A stretch of 64,000 bases of DNA from Camelus dromedarius (lineage: Eukaryota). Shown here piece after piece: positions 50,231 through 62,221 of this stretch. Numbering within the stretch: position 1 is the first letter of the stretch; every line of letters begins with the position of its first letter. The notes below the pieces were generated by a model. It was given only the letters and a program-made list of their open reading frames with translations, was not told the origin of the DNA and ran no database searches. The stretch is taken from positions 43,712,001 through 43,776,000 of the forward strand of contig NC_087447.1 in assembly GCF_036321535.1 (NCBI RefSeq), in the 5' to 3' direction. A program made the translations under genes and the position numbers.

Positions 50231-50795
50231 TGTTACCAATGATAAAGTAGTGAAGTGGGAAGCCCCATAAAAAGACCAGCAGGACCCCTGGGCAGAGCCG
50301 CTGCTCTGCTCTTAGCACCTACCGGTTCCCTGGCTCAGAGCCTCTCTCTCACTCTTTGCCTCTAAAGCGGCTAACTTACAGCTAGAATTCTATTGGTTCC
50401 CTGAGCTAACTTCTGATTGGTTATTTCCTTCACTCCTGATTGGTTATTACTCTCACTTCTGATTGGTTATTACTCTCACTTCTGATTGGTCCACTTCCCT
50501 AACTTCTGATTGTTCCATTTGTAGTACTTTATTTGCATGGAGCTCACTTCTGATTGGCCCATTTCTACAAAGTTTGTTCTGGTTGGTCAACTTCTGTTGT
50601 ACCTTATTTGCATATGATGTTGCAAAATGTAAAACTGGCAGCCTATAAAAGGCCTGTGTAAAGCTACAGAGTCCAGAGCTTGAAGTGTTAACTCCTCTGG
50701 GACTGCTGGCATAATAAACCTGAGTTCTCCAACTCTCCAAGTGCTGCTTGGTCTCTTGCGCAGGTCCAGGTCGGTGTCACAACTAAGCTGTAACA
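50231..50795 (+). mobile_element. ERV1-like solo LTR with tandem CCAAT-box array
   Basis: Terminal inverted repeat TGTTAC...GTAACA, 23-bp ATTGG repeats, two ATTTGCAT octamers, TATAAAA at 50644-50650 and AATAAA at 50713-50718. 5' boundary uncertain because no clean TSD. Confidence 0.78.
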
Positions 50796-51194
50796 CGTTT
50801 TTCCCCAACAGTAGCTAAGACCAAAAATCAAAATTCTGTATAACTCAGAGAAGATTCTGCTTATCTTGTTCCACTCTAATATACTTCACTGAGTGGGAAA
50901 GAAAACAGAGTAATTTAGCCAGGAAATCAGCAATTGCCTATAGCACTCAGGAAACAACAGTTTCTATGACACCATGGACAACTGGGCAACTTCCTACTAT
51001 TTTAGAGATTTACTTCCTAAATATGTATGTGTGTATGTCTGTGTATGTATTTATTGCGGCTGGGAGTGCATCACAGTAACCTGGCCACATTCACCAGGTG
51101 CTTTTCATGGGCTAACATTGTCTGGCACGTGCAGACTGACCATCTTCTGACCTCAACACAGAAAGCTGATCTTCGTGGTAAACAAGCTCTGAAC

Positions 51195-51714
51195 TATAAT
51201 AGAAAAGAACAAATCTGACTCCATATTAGATCTGTTTCTTTGGCTTTAACCCTGCAACCTGCATTCTAGGCTTGTCTTGCTAGCTCTTCACCTTTTGCAA
51301 AAGAATGTTGCCTTTAGTCTGAAATATACAAGACAGCCTATTTTCAAGGCTCTGACCTTCAAGCATATTAATACTTTTGCACTTACATAAAGATAACAAG
51401 TCACAGAATGGAAAATAACATTTGTTTTGCTGGAGGATTACAGGGACACCATGATCTGACCCACCTGGACAGCTACAAGAACACAGAATTCCTACACCAA
51501 TAAGTTTGCAACAACAAACCACACCCCCTCCACTTTTTTAGTATAAAATGAGCCTGAATTTTGACTTTAATAGGATAGTTCTGAAGACATTAGTCTGCCA
51601 TCCTCTTGGTCTTCCAGCTTTCCGAATAGAGTCACTATTTCTTGCCTCAACACCTTGTCTCCCGATTTACTGGCCTGTCGTGCGGTGAGGAGAACGAGTT
51701 TGGACTCGGTAACA
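51195..51714 (+). mobile_element. ERV1-like solo LTR (different family from the one at 50231)
   Basis: 4-bp TSD GAAC at 51191-51194 and 51715-51718. Ends GGTAACA. TATAAAA at 51542-51548. Degenerate polyA signal AATAGA at 51625-51630. Confidence 0.82.
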
Positions 51715-54700
51715 GAACCACCTGGATGTGAATCATCTCAACGTGGCAGCAAGATGGAGTGGAAAGAACATGGGTTTGAGGATCAGGAAAATTGGGCATA
51801 AATCTTAGTTCAGTCACTCACCAGCTAGGGAACCTTGGGAAAGTCACTTTCCTGAGTCACTCTCCTCAGCTAAAGCCCCAGAAGGCCCCTGTGAGATGTG
51901 AGTGAGCAGTCGACTCTGAGCTCAGTGCCTGGTGCATGGCATGTGTTTAATAAGTGATGATTTCTAATCCCTGGTTCCCCATCTAACCCCACTCATTCCT
52001 CCAGTTCTGGCCAAACCAAACCACTGGCTGTTTGCCACACGTGCCCCTTAACTTACCGTCGCCACCTTGCTTTGTGCATTGCTGGTCCCTGTGCTAGAAG
52101 TGTCCTCCTTCACCCCCATGGAAAGGGGTGTTTCTGGCCCAACAGTCCTTCAAGACTCACCTCAAATGCCCCCTCTTCAGCAAGCCAGGTGCCCCAACCT
52201 CTTCTTTCTCGGAACGTTTACTGAGTTTTCTCTGCCTATTTTGAGTAAGGGGTACATTCCTTAAATTCTATCCAGGCAGCGGACTTGTCTTACTCATTCT
52301 GTGTTCCTACCATAACAGTTCTCAGCACAGAGGATGGTAAAAAATCATATGGTGACTGACATAACAAATGAGACCACAAGTCTGTTGACTTCAGGACACT
52401 TAGGAACTATGCTCTCTCTCTGCTGCTAAGAGTTTTCCTAGGTCCAGTGGGCCAGTTCTGATTTGGCGGCTTCCCCTACCTCCCAGAGAGCCAGGCCTCT
52501 CTTCCTACCAGCCTTGCCAGGCTCCCCTCCCTGCCACCCTAGCAAGGACTTGCACACCCGTCAGGCATCCACGTTGCTTAACCACAGCACTCTCCATCCC
52601 TCCCCCCATCCACACACCCCACCCAAAACCTCAGCCTACTTGAATAAGGTTCTGCTGCCCACAGCCTTTCCCTGCCTCCTCTTGGGGCTGGAAGCTTGCT
52701 CTGCGGCCCAGGCTGCAGACAAACAGTCAGAATTCCTAGTGTCGTGCCCAGTGCCCTCCTGGATCACTCCCTCCTATACCCACTCCTTCCTGGATGGTGT
52801 GAGCTCAATGTTTCAGACCACATGGCCCTGGTCCTCTGGGTACCAGGACTCCATGTTCTCGAAATCTTCCAGGAATGGCCCATGAGTCTGTAAGAGCCTT
52901 CATCCCCCAGTCAGGGGGTTAGGCCAAGACAGGCATCAGCAGAGAACACACACAGTACAATCCCTCCTTTGGGATTCTAACCACTTCTTCAGAGCCCTTC
53001 CTCTCTCCCACTGCCTGTCCTGGGTGGAATTTCAGCCTATGACTTGCAATCGAGAAGCTTCTGCACAGCTTTGTGGCTGTCCTTCCCTAGCCTTCCACCC
53101 TCATCCCATCCTACATTTGCTGCAAGTCACCTCTCTGCTCAGAAGCCACCAATTGTTCCCCCAAATCCTATAGCACTTTTCATGAGACCTACAACCTTTC
53201 AGCAAAGCCTGCCTCCCCTGTGATTTCACCAACTCCTCTCCAGTCAGCACTGCCTGGATAATACCCTTTGTAGGTAGACTCCAACACATGCTCTAAAACA
53301 GTCGCCTGGCTCGAGTTATTTGGAATTTCTTACATCGTGTCACACTGAAATCTGCCCCTTCTTTAATCCTCGTGACCGTCACCACCGTGGCCCCTCAACC
53401 CTGCCCTCTGAGCAACGCAGAACATGCTCAATCCCTTGCCCACTTGAAAATCAGAATCACAGCCCTGGGTCTTCCATCTGTCCCGGGACCTTCCAAAGCT
53501 TACAGGGCAGGGACTCCAGCTGTGCAGCAGTAGGGGGCCGTACTCCACCTGCTCCCAAAGTGTTATGCCCAGAGTCTCACCTCCAGGGTGGGCCAGTCAT
53601 GGCCACTGCAGAGAAAAGTGGGATGCCTACCTCCCACCGACCGGCCCAGGCCACGCCCCCTGCAAGCAGCGTCTAAAACCGGGATTTCTATTCATGCAGC
53701 CAGGCTACACCAAGTTCTGTGGGCTTTTCTACGTGGTTGGGTAGGAAACACACCAATTGATTTTTGGAGCCTCGGGTCAGGACTTTGGCCTCACCCCGCC
53801 ACGTCCCATCAGGCTGGTTTAGGCTCTGAGCTCTCTGTTACCCTTGTCCTGTACACTGGTGACTGGCCACTTGAAATCAGCCTGTCCCCTCACCCTGCTG
53901 TGGACTTCTGCCTCTTGGACTTCGTGCTCCCCTCCACCATGGGGGTCCCAACTGGAGGCCCAGAGAATACTACCTGCCCCCTGAAATTTCAGAATAAGCC
54001 CTCTGGATGATGTAAATCACCCCTCTTGACAAAGTATATTTGCGAGGCTTCCTGAGAAGAAGATGATGATGATAATACCACTTACTATTTACGATGCGCC
54101 GGGCACTGTCACCAACATGTTATATACATCTTTGCATCTTTACAACAACCAAAGGAAATAGGCCTCTTACTGTTCCCATTTGACAGGCGAGGAACTTCAA
54201 GCCCAGAGAGGGAAAGATTTACTCAAAGGAGCAACAGCAAGCCTGAGTAGAGCCAGGATTTAAACGAAGGGTTGTCTGAGCTGGCAGGGCCCTCAGAGAC
54301 GAGGGAGGCCAAGTCCTCACGGTGGAGGAGCCCGTGCCTGCCATGCTGGAGTTGGGAGGGGCGGTGAGGAGTCAGTTTCCTTGTCTTAGAGGCAGGGCAA
54401 CACCCCTGCAAGGGGTTTTGTGCAGCTCCACTGAGCTGCACAGCGAAAACCTAGATGGACATGCAGGGCGGTGGCTGTTGTTACCGGGAGAGCAGCGTTG
54501 CATGGAAGAACCAGATGTCTTGGCCGGTCACAGGAAGAGCTTATGTAATAAAGCTTTTTCATGACATGTAGTCGAGGTCAGGTGTTTAAGCCAAGAACTA
54601 TTCCTTTGCTTTGGTAAAATGTCGAATTAGAAGAATCCTCTTTTCCCACTCAAATTCAAGTTCTAACTTCTCCCCTCGCCCTCCTCCAATCCCATCTCCC

Positions 54701-57700
54701 CAGCCCCCGCTCCCCTTACCTGCCCCAGTGGCTTACTGAATCTGGAGTTTGAGACCCCACATCCCAGTACGCCAGGGACAGTCCTGTCCTCCCAGGATCC
54801 CATCCAATTCAGCATTGGTCCACCTCCTCTCACTTTCAGAAGTGTCCCAGTTTGGACAATAAATTAAATCGAATACTTTAGAACCTTAAAAAAACAAAAC
54901 AAAAAAAAAAAAACCCACTTTTCTTCTCTGGCACCTGTTTCCCTCCCATGAATGGAAATAACACTACCCGCCTCCTGAGACAAGCCCTTTGTAAAACCCA
55001 CCAAAGCTGGAAGTTCCGCTCTCCCTCTGGAGGCAGCGTTCAGGGGCCAGTCTACACACCCCTCTGTTTCATCCATGAAGCAGCCCAGCTTCAAGCAAGC
55101 TATTCATGAGAAAACCTCTTTGATTCAGGGGAAACACAGCTTTGTGTTGTGGGAAGGAAACAGTTGCCCGTGAAGACAGAGGAGCTGTCACGTGTGTATG
55201 CAAGGAACAAAGGTAACCCAATTTTACTCTTCCTAAGCTTAGCTCTGGCTCTGCCCGTCTGTTCCCTTAGTCCCTACAGCAGATCTCCTGGCTCCTACAC
55301 AACTAACACTTTTTCTTTCTCTCTCTCTCTCTCACTCACACACACACACAGTGTCAGCCCAAGGAGTTCCTTCTGGCCAGGCTCTCTGGGCCTTCCTGCC
55401 AGAAGCAGGTTGGAGAGGTTTGCTAAGAAGACCTCTTGGGACACCCCAGTGCAGTCACAGCAGTGGCCCTCCTGGTCAGAGTGGTCCCTGCCCAGGCAAG
55501 AGGCCCCGCAACATCTGAGTGAGCCATTCCAACCATGCACACAAGTCACTGTGGATTTATGTCTTTGCCTGGGAGTCAGGGCAGGGATTCTGACTATGCC
55601 CACTAAACACGCCCCTGAGCAGGCAGAGCAACCCTGGGATTTGGGTTAACTCCTTCCCGGCGGGAAACAGATGTACCCAGAGCACAGCCTCTGGGAACGT
55701 CACAGCACCTGTAGTCGAGGGGTAGGTGGGGGCCATGACAGGCTCTATTCCCCACAGCCTCACCTGGGTGAACAACCTCTTCCCGGAGGTTTGCTAGTAG
55801 GCCTGCTAACCGTTTACCTCTGCGTAAGTTGTTCCTGAGACATGGACAACTCAGATCTCCAGTCTGCAATCTACAGCTGTCCCTGCTACTTTACCCCTGG
55901 GGGGCAAGCTCGAGCACATTTTGGTCTCAGTAAACACACATACACACACACTCAAAACAAGATGAGGTAGAAACCTGCCAGACCTAACTACATAGCTCAT
56001 AAGAACCAAGAAGCTTGACAAGTTTTGACTCAAAGTTGAATCCCAGCATTTTTTGTGTCTTTGTCTTCGTCTTTGTCAATTACCACGTGCAGGCAATAAT
56101 CAAAAGGTTTCACATTCTTTAATCCAGCTCTGCCTTAGCAAACCGAGGTAACCACTGCACCATGGCAAAGACAGGACTCATCCTGGGGGGCTGGAGGCTG
56201 AGGAGCTTGGCCAGGCAGAGAGGTGTGGAAGGGAAGGGTAAGGAGGGCAGGAGACCCAGCCTCAGGGCCACTGAGTCTCTTGGCAGATTCTGGACAAGGT
56301 CGCCCCTCCTCATCAGACAGCTGTGGCCCTCACTCAACCATGTAAATCTCTGACACTGGCCCTATGCACAGACCCCTGCTCAGAAAAGTTTCTCAGGGCT
56401 GACTGCCTTCCCCAGATAGGCATCTCCCACTACCCCAACTCCAATACTACACAGCCAACTTCTCATTACTGGTTGGATGTGTCCCGGAAGTTTGTCAGGG
56501 CGTGTTTGGGTCCTTGGAATACGTATTTCCATGGAACTGACAGATTGGTAATTGCAGTCTCAGAAAAAAAAAAAAAAAAAAAAAACATGTAATACACACG
56601 TACCCACACTAAGCACAAACAAGTGTAAGAGCGCTGAGACCATACGGGCACCCCTACTTCCCATCAGCCCACATCCCCAGAGGCCACAGGCCAGAAAGAA
56701 GGTCTCATGAGCCCTCACAGCCCCATTGGCTTTGGCTGCCAGCAGACACTTCCCCCTGAGTCTTTGACCTATAAGACTCCAGCCTTAGCTATTCTGCAGA
56801 TGGAATTTGCCCCAAACCTTGTCTCTTTCTCATTTTTCACTGCCTAATGGAATCTCCATCTGGACCTTCCAGAAGTTCTTGTCTGGCCAAACCCACTGAG
56901 CTACAAAGAACAGAACCCAAGGCCAGAGGGCCAGAAGGCCTGGGTTCTGCCACCAGCAGCTGGGTGACCCTGGGTGGGTTTCTTTAGGCCTTGCCATCCT
57001 CATGGGTAAAAACAGAATGGGCCTGCAAGAAGCTACCCAAGGCTTGCTCCTGATTCCAAAAGGAATCAACACCCCCTCATTTCCCTTCCCCCTTCCAAGA
57101 GGTTTCTCCACACCCTCATGCTGCTAACAATTGCTTCATTCTTCTCCCAGCAAACCAGCACAAAATGTCAGTGTCTAATTTGACTCTTTTCTCTCTCCCT
57201 CACGTCCCGTCAGTCACCAAATCCTGCAGGATTTCTTGGCAAGCTCATTCACCTCCCTTTCCTCCGTCCATCCCTATAGCCATTGCCTTGATTTAGGTCC
57301 TAATCTATCTCAATGGGTTAGTCCAACAGCACATTCCTGTAAGAAGTTCCTCCCTGTCCCTCCAACCAGCCCTTCTCAGTCTTGAATCCTCCTGAAAGCA
57401 CAGCTTTCACCTTGTCTCTTCTAGACTCCAAGACCTTCAAAGGCATCTGAATTACACGTACATTCTTTAACTTCAACTTTCAAGACCTTCCAGGAACTCT
57501 CCCCAGCCAGAGGCTCGAGTCTCACTCCTCCCAGGATCCCCCTCCCCACTCCACCCTATGACTCTAGCCACCTGTGGACCACTCATCAGGCTTGTCCTAG
57601 TCTTTCAGGTTCTGCTCTTGTTCCTTTCCTCATCTCCCCCCACCCCTCCAACTCCCTCCGTCCCACACCACCCCTGCCACATAAAACCACCCGCCCCTTT

Positions 57701-59289
57701 TCCCCTTTTACTGAGGCCGACACTGCAAAACCAGCTAGCTCAAGGCCATGTCTGCCACAGACTCTTCCTGGACATCTGTTAAGTATAGGGCTGAACATAG
57801 GGCTGATGCCGCCCCAGGGCAGCTCAGAGTCTGAAGGGGGTGTGGCCAGAGACATGCAAATAAAGCCTCTAAGTACCATAGCAGAGATCGATATTGGATG
57901 CTAGACAATTTAGAGAAGAGGAAAAATGACTTGGGGGTGAGGGGAGGAGAGGTGTTTCAAGACTTTGATCTGCATCCTGAAGGATTAATAAGAATTCATT
58001 CATCTTGCGGAGCAGACACAAAAGGGCTTCCCAGGAAGAGGAAATAGTGTATGCAAAGGCAGAGATGCACAAAGGATAGAAACTTGTAAGCTACTCCATT
58101 TGGGGAACAGTGGAGATGCAGCTGGTGAGTCAAATTATTGCCAGCCTCTGTGGAGCCTTGAATGCCAAACAAGGATACCATACATTATCCCTTCAGAGAG
58201 GCAAAGCCTATCCCATCTTGTCTACACCTTCCATCCACAGATGTGTTACAGAAGCCAAGATTACAATTCAGCATGGAACTCAGTGATTAAAAGCATCATG
58301 CACAGTGAACGCTCAGTTCTCAGTGTGCCTGAATGTGTACGTGACAGAGAGAGGAAATGAAAGTAAGAATTATCAAGGAGCACCAAATAGAAATCATACA
58401 TTTCCCAAGAGAAAGCTCAGAGTTAGCAGCTCCCTGGAACTCACAAAGCCTTGAGGAATCTGGGTCTAAAAGTAAACAGACTGCTAGAAGACAGCATCTC
58501 CGAGAAGGTTGTTTACTGAGGGTGGGAGAGATAAGAATGTGAAGACGCCAAGACCTGGCTTTCAGAGTCTATAAGCCTACCTTCCTGAGACGAGCTGTAG
58601 ATTCTGCAAAAACTGAGACACACAGGTGTCATCAAGTGTTGAAATCAAAGAATGATGCCAGGAAACATAAAGTGGAACTGCTCTGAGGAAGGAGGAAGCA
58701 GGAAAGATAGTGACTCAGGAGAACACAAAGCTGCCAAGAGTTTCAGCCTAGTTGTGCCCACACCAAGCGGTGACGGTGTCACATTTTTTTTTCCCTCGAG
58801 TGTCACCTCTTGAATAAAGGTGTGCAGTCTGGGAACTTCATAAATGTTTAAATGCCTGAACGGTGGTATTCTTATTAGCTCTTCGTTCTCATATTTTACA
58901 AAAGGAGATCCACCAGAGGATTTTAAGCAGGAAAGGGTCACGAACAGATCTATATATCAGGAAGAAAATTTCTTGATGGCCGACTAAAAAACAACTTCCA
59001 AATATTACCGCAAATGTGACAGTCTCAAGGGCATGACATTCCTTGTCCAAAGCTCAATTCTTTCAGGATCGTTTCTTCCTCCTCACTTTTCAGCCTGGCA
59101 CCCCAGTCCATGGATTCTCTCTAGTCTCATCCACCTGTCCCACTCTCTAGGGTCCAATACCCGCCCTCACCACTTCTATCTTAATTGATCGTGCAGGTCC
59201 TAATGAGCCTCTACACCCCCAGTGTCTTTTCCAGCTGGTCACTGCTTCCCGTAGCCCGGCCAGAGTCCACCCCACCAGTTCCCACCTGA

Positions 59290-59552
59290 TTTTCATCAGA
59301 ACCCAGGGGAAATTGGTTAAAAACATGCTAGACCTACTTAATTGGAGTAGTTTAAAAGCTCCCCAGGCGATTCTGAGGCACAGACAGATTTGCAAACTAC
59401 TTTTCTTAATCCTCAAAGGGACTGTACCACTGAGGACTTGTAAGAAATGCAGAAGGTCAGGTCCCACACTTGACCTGGGAATCAGAATCTGCATTTGAAC
59501 AAGATGCCCCAGGTGATTCTTAAGTTTGTTAAAGGTTGAGAAGCACCGCTCT
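59290..59552. mobile_element. MER5A-like hAT fragments
   Basis: AGAAATGCAGA...AATCAGAATCTGCATTTGAACAAGATGCCCCAGGTGATTC...AAAGGTTGAGAAGCACCGCTCTA. Confidence 0.7.
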
Positions 59553-60189
59553 ACACTGTTGCCAGACCACTCATTCTACAAATATTTACTGGATTTTCTC
59601 CATCGGGCTAGGGGTTGAGAGGTTGGGAGGGTCAAGGGCCAAGGTTCCTGACTTTAAATTCACAGAACCATCAATCAATCTTCTGCTTAAAAACCATTAC
59701 TGGTTCCCATGCTTTCAAAGTCCAGACTTCTCCCACCTGGCCTTCTTGGCCCGCTGGAGCCAGGTTTCTTCTCACCAGCTTTACTGTCTACCACTCGCCA
59801 CAGGAGCCAAGCTGGGCCACTTGCCACTTCTCACAGCTACCCAGTGCTTGCCTGCCTACAAAGCTCTCATAGCCCAGGTCACGCTCTGCCCACCTCTGCC
59901 TGGAGAAACCCAGGAGAAGTCCTTTGAGGTCCATCACACACCCATCCGCTTCTTGAAGTTAACCCAGATTTTCCCTGCTCAGATGAAAGACAAATTCCCA
60001 CAACTCTTTGCTCTTACCTCCTTTATAGCATTTATCTCATTCCACTTAGTCTTATTAAAGTCAGTGCACCTGCCGTAGCTACCCCAGTAGAGACCATATT
60101 TGTCTCTGCAATAGCAGTAAGCTAATAACTGGCACACCATCAAATCTCAAAGTAATAATAACAATAATGTATTAAATAAAATTATGGAT

Positions 60190-60376
60190 GGGGGAGGGTA
60201 TAGCTCAGTGGTAGGGTGTGTGCTTAGCATGCTCGAGGTCCTGAGTTCAATTGCCTGTACCTCCATTTAAAAAAAAATAAAATAAATAAATAAACCTAAT
60301 TAGCTCCCTCCAGAAAAGCAAACAAAACAACAACCAAATGCAATCAGTAAAATCCCTTAAAAAAAGATGTTTAAAA
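60190..60376 (+). mobile_element. tRNA-Ala-derived SINE
   Basis: GGGGAGGGTATAGCTCAGTGGTAG body, tail AAATAAACCTAATT, flanked by AAATTATG duplications. Confidence 0.88.
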
Positions 60377-61514
60377 AAAATTATGAAGGCACTAAGTGAA
60401 AAGTTTACCAAACTCCCCCATCTACCACTTCAAAGTCACTTAAATATTAATTTAAGCAGATTACATAAAATGGGCTGCCTCTCAAGCCCCAAAGAGAAAT
60501 AATCTCCAAATCAAATCATATTTTGTGTTTTTCATATAGTACAAATAATAGACTGAATGTGCTGAAGATGAATTTTGTGTACAGCCAACTACCTTTCTGT
60601 AGTTGGGCATTTAACTTAACAGAATGCAACAAAAAATTTGGGAATACTTTAGATAATTAAGGAACTGGGAGAGGGAGGAGAGATGAAAAAGACAGGAAGT
60701 AAACCAAAACATGGAAAAAAGAGACTGAGCTATACCAAATATCCAGCTGCTCTAAAAGTAAAAATATAATACTCTGGATTTGTTTTTTAAGAGGATTAAA
60801 TGCTGGCTAGAATGCCTGTTTTGATCTTAAAGTTTGGAAGTTCTGGTCTTTAAACATATCTTATTTGCATCTGAAAAACAACTGCAGGTCTGGAGTAGGG
60901 GGTATCAGGAGGGAGAGGGGCCCACGTTCAAATAGGACTATCCCCACCTTGCAGTCTACTGGGACGCAGTGACTTGAGATTTGGAAAGGCATGTTGCACT
61001 TCTGCAATTACGGTATTGAGCTGGTCTCAGCCAAGGCGTTGCAGCTGGACACGCGCTCTACCGAACACCGATTTGCTTGGGCAAATCGACCGTAAGCTTC
61101 CCGACCACCTTGGGCTCTCTGTCTCTTTAGACTACGCCGCTGCTCAAGCTGACTGAGCAGAGTTCTGACATACCACACATAACTGAGGTGAACGGCCACC
61201 ATGCGCATCTCCAGAGCCATCCTGACACCTGTAGGAGCGCGGACTGTCCGTAGACCCCGGGCAGAACTGGGTGGAGACTTGGAGCAAATTTACAAGAGTT
61301 ATACCCTCCTCCCAGTTTTCTGGCCAGAGAAGGGGAGGAGGTTCCGTCCCCGCGCCTGCGACACGCTCTGGGGCTGATATAGGAACTGTGCCCCTCCCCA
61401 CGCCCCAAGCGGTTCTTGGAGCTGGGGGCTCTCGGTTCCCCAGGCAATGCCCCTGCGGGAGCTCCTAGTCCCGACCGCGCCGCGGACCTGGGGGCGTGGG
61501 GACCGCCCACTGAC

Positions 61515-61700
61515 CTGGGTGCGGGGCTTCTCTCCGGGCAGCTCAGGTGTGCGGGCCTTTCCCGTGTCGCTCCCACCTCAGAACATGAGAGCCAAGAACC
61601 AAGCTGCAGGCCACTGACCCACCGACCAACTGACCGACCAACCAGCGAACCGACCGGCAGCGGCCGGGCCTGGAGCCCACGTGACGGGGGCGGGGACCCG
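61515..61700 (-). other. PPFIBP2: PPFIBP2 non-coding exon 1 (5' boundary/TSS approximate)
   Basis: Lies in the only CpG island upstream of exon 2. Donor CCCAG|GTCAGT with GT at 61514-61513. Resembles the mammalian PPFIBP2 5'UTR as I recall it (unverified). Confidence 0.75.
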
Positions 61701-62151
61701 CGGGAGACTCGTCCCGGAGCGCCGGTTCCCTCACCGCCCCACCTTCTTCCCGGGCCCGCCCCTCTGCCACGCCCCCTCCCTCTCAGGTTCAGTTGCGGCC
61801 CTCAGGGACCAGGCCGCGCAGGGTTCCAGTTCCCCAGGGACCCGCCTCGTCAACCCCGCCCCTTCGAACCTGCTAATCCCCGCCCCGTAGGCCGAGCTCG
61901 GCGTCCCCAAGCCCCGCCTATCTCGGGAAGCCCCGCCCTCCCAGAGCCCCGCCCCTCCCCTGTCACCACCCACTCCAGCACCCTTCTCGCCCCGGGGGAG
62001 ACGCCGGGGGCTGTTCCCAGCTTCTCAGCCCCTAGGCTTCTCCGGCCCTTCAGCACCGCTCCCTGGCCGTAGGGAATGAGAGCAAGCCGACCGGGAACTT
62101 GTGTGTAGAATTGCAGAGAGAAGCTGTAGAAAAAACGTTTTAGAGCCCCCC

Positions 62152-62221
62152 AACACACAGACACACAGACACAGACACACACAGACACAGACACACACAG
62201 ACACACACACACGCGCGCGCA
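62152..62221. repeat. Compound CACAGA/CA/CG microsatellite upstream of exon 1
   Basis: ACACACAGAC-type units ending in ACACACACACACGCGCGCGCA. Confidence 0.92.

Noticed and set aside
50388..50590. CRISPR-like regularly spaced repeats
   Set aside because: Head-to-tail units with no unique spacers, inside an LTR in mammalian DNA, and no cas genes.
50231..51714. Provirus bounded by two LTRs
   Set aside because: The LTRs are dissimilar, the second has its own TSD, and no PBS or gag/pol sequence is evident between them.
8460..51860. Isolated AP-1/ARE motifs (e.g. 8460, 13511, 15099, 35921)
   Set aside because: Several such 7-mers are expected by chance in 64 kb and these lack supporting context.
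14790..60376. tRNA-Ala genes
   Set aside because: The copies have A-rich tails, most have TSDs and a shared non-tRNA 3' motif (CCTAATTACC), and they carry stem-breaking mutations, so they are SINEs.
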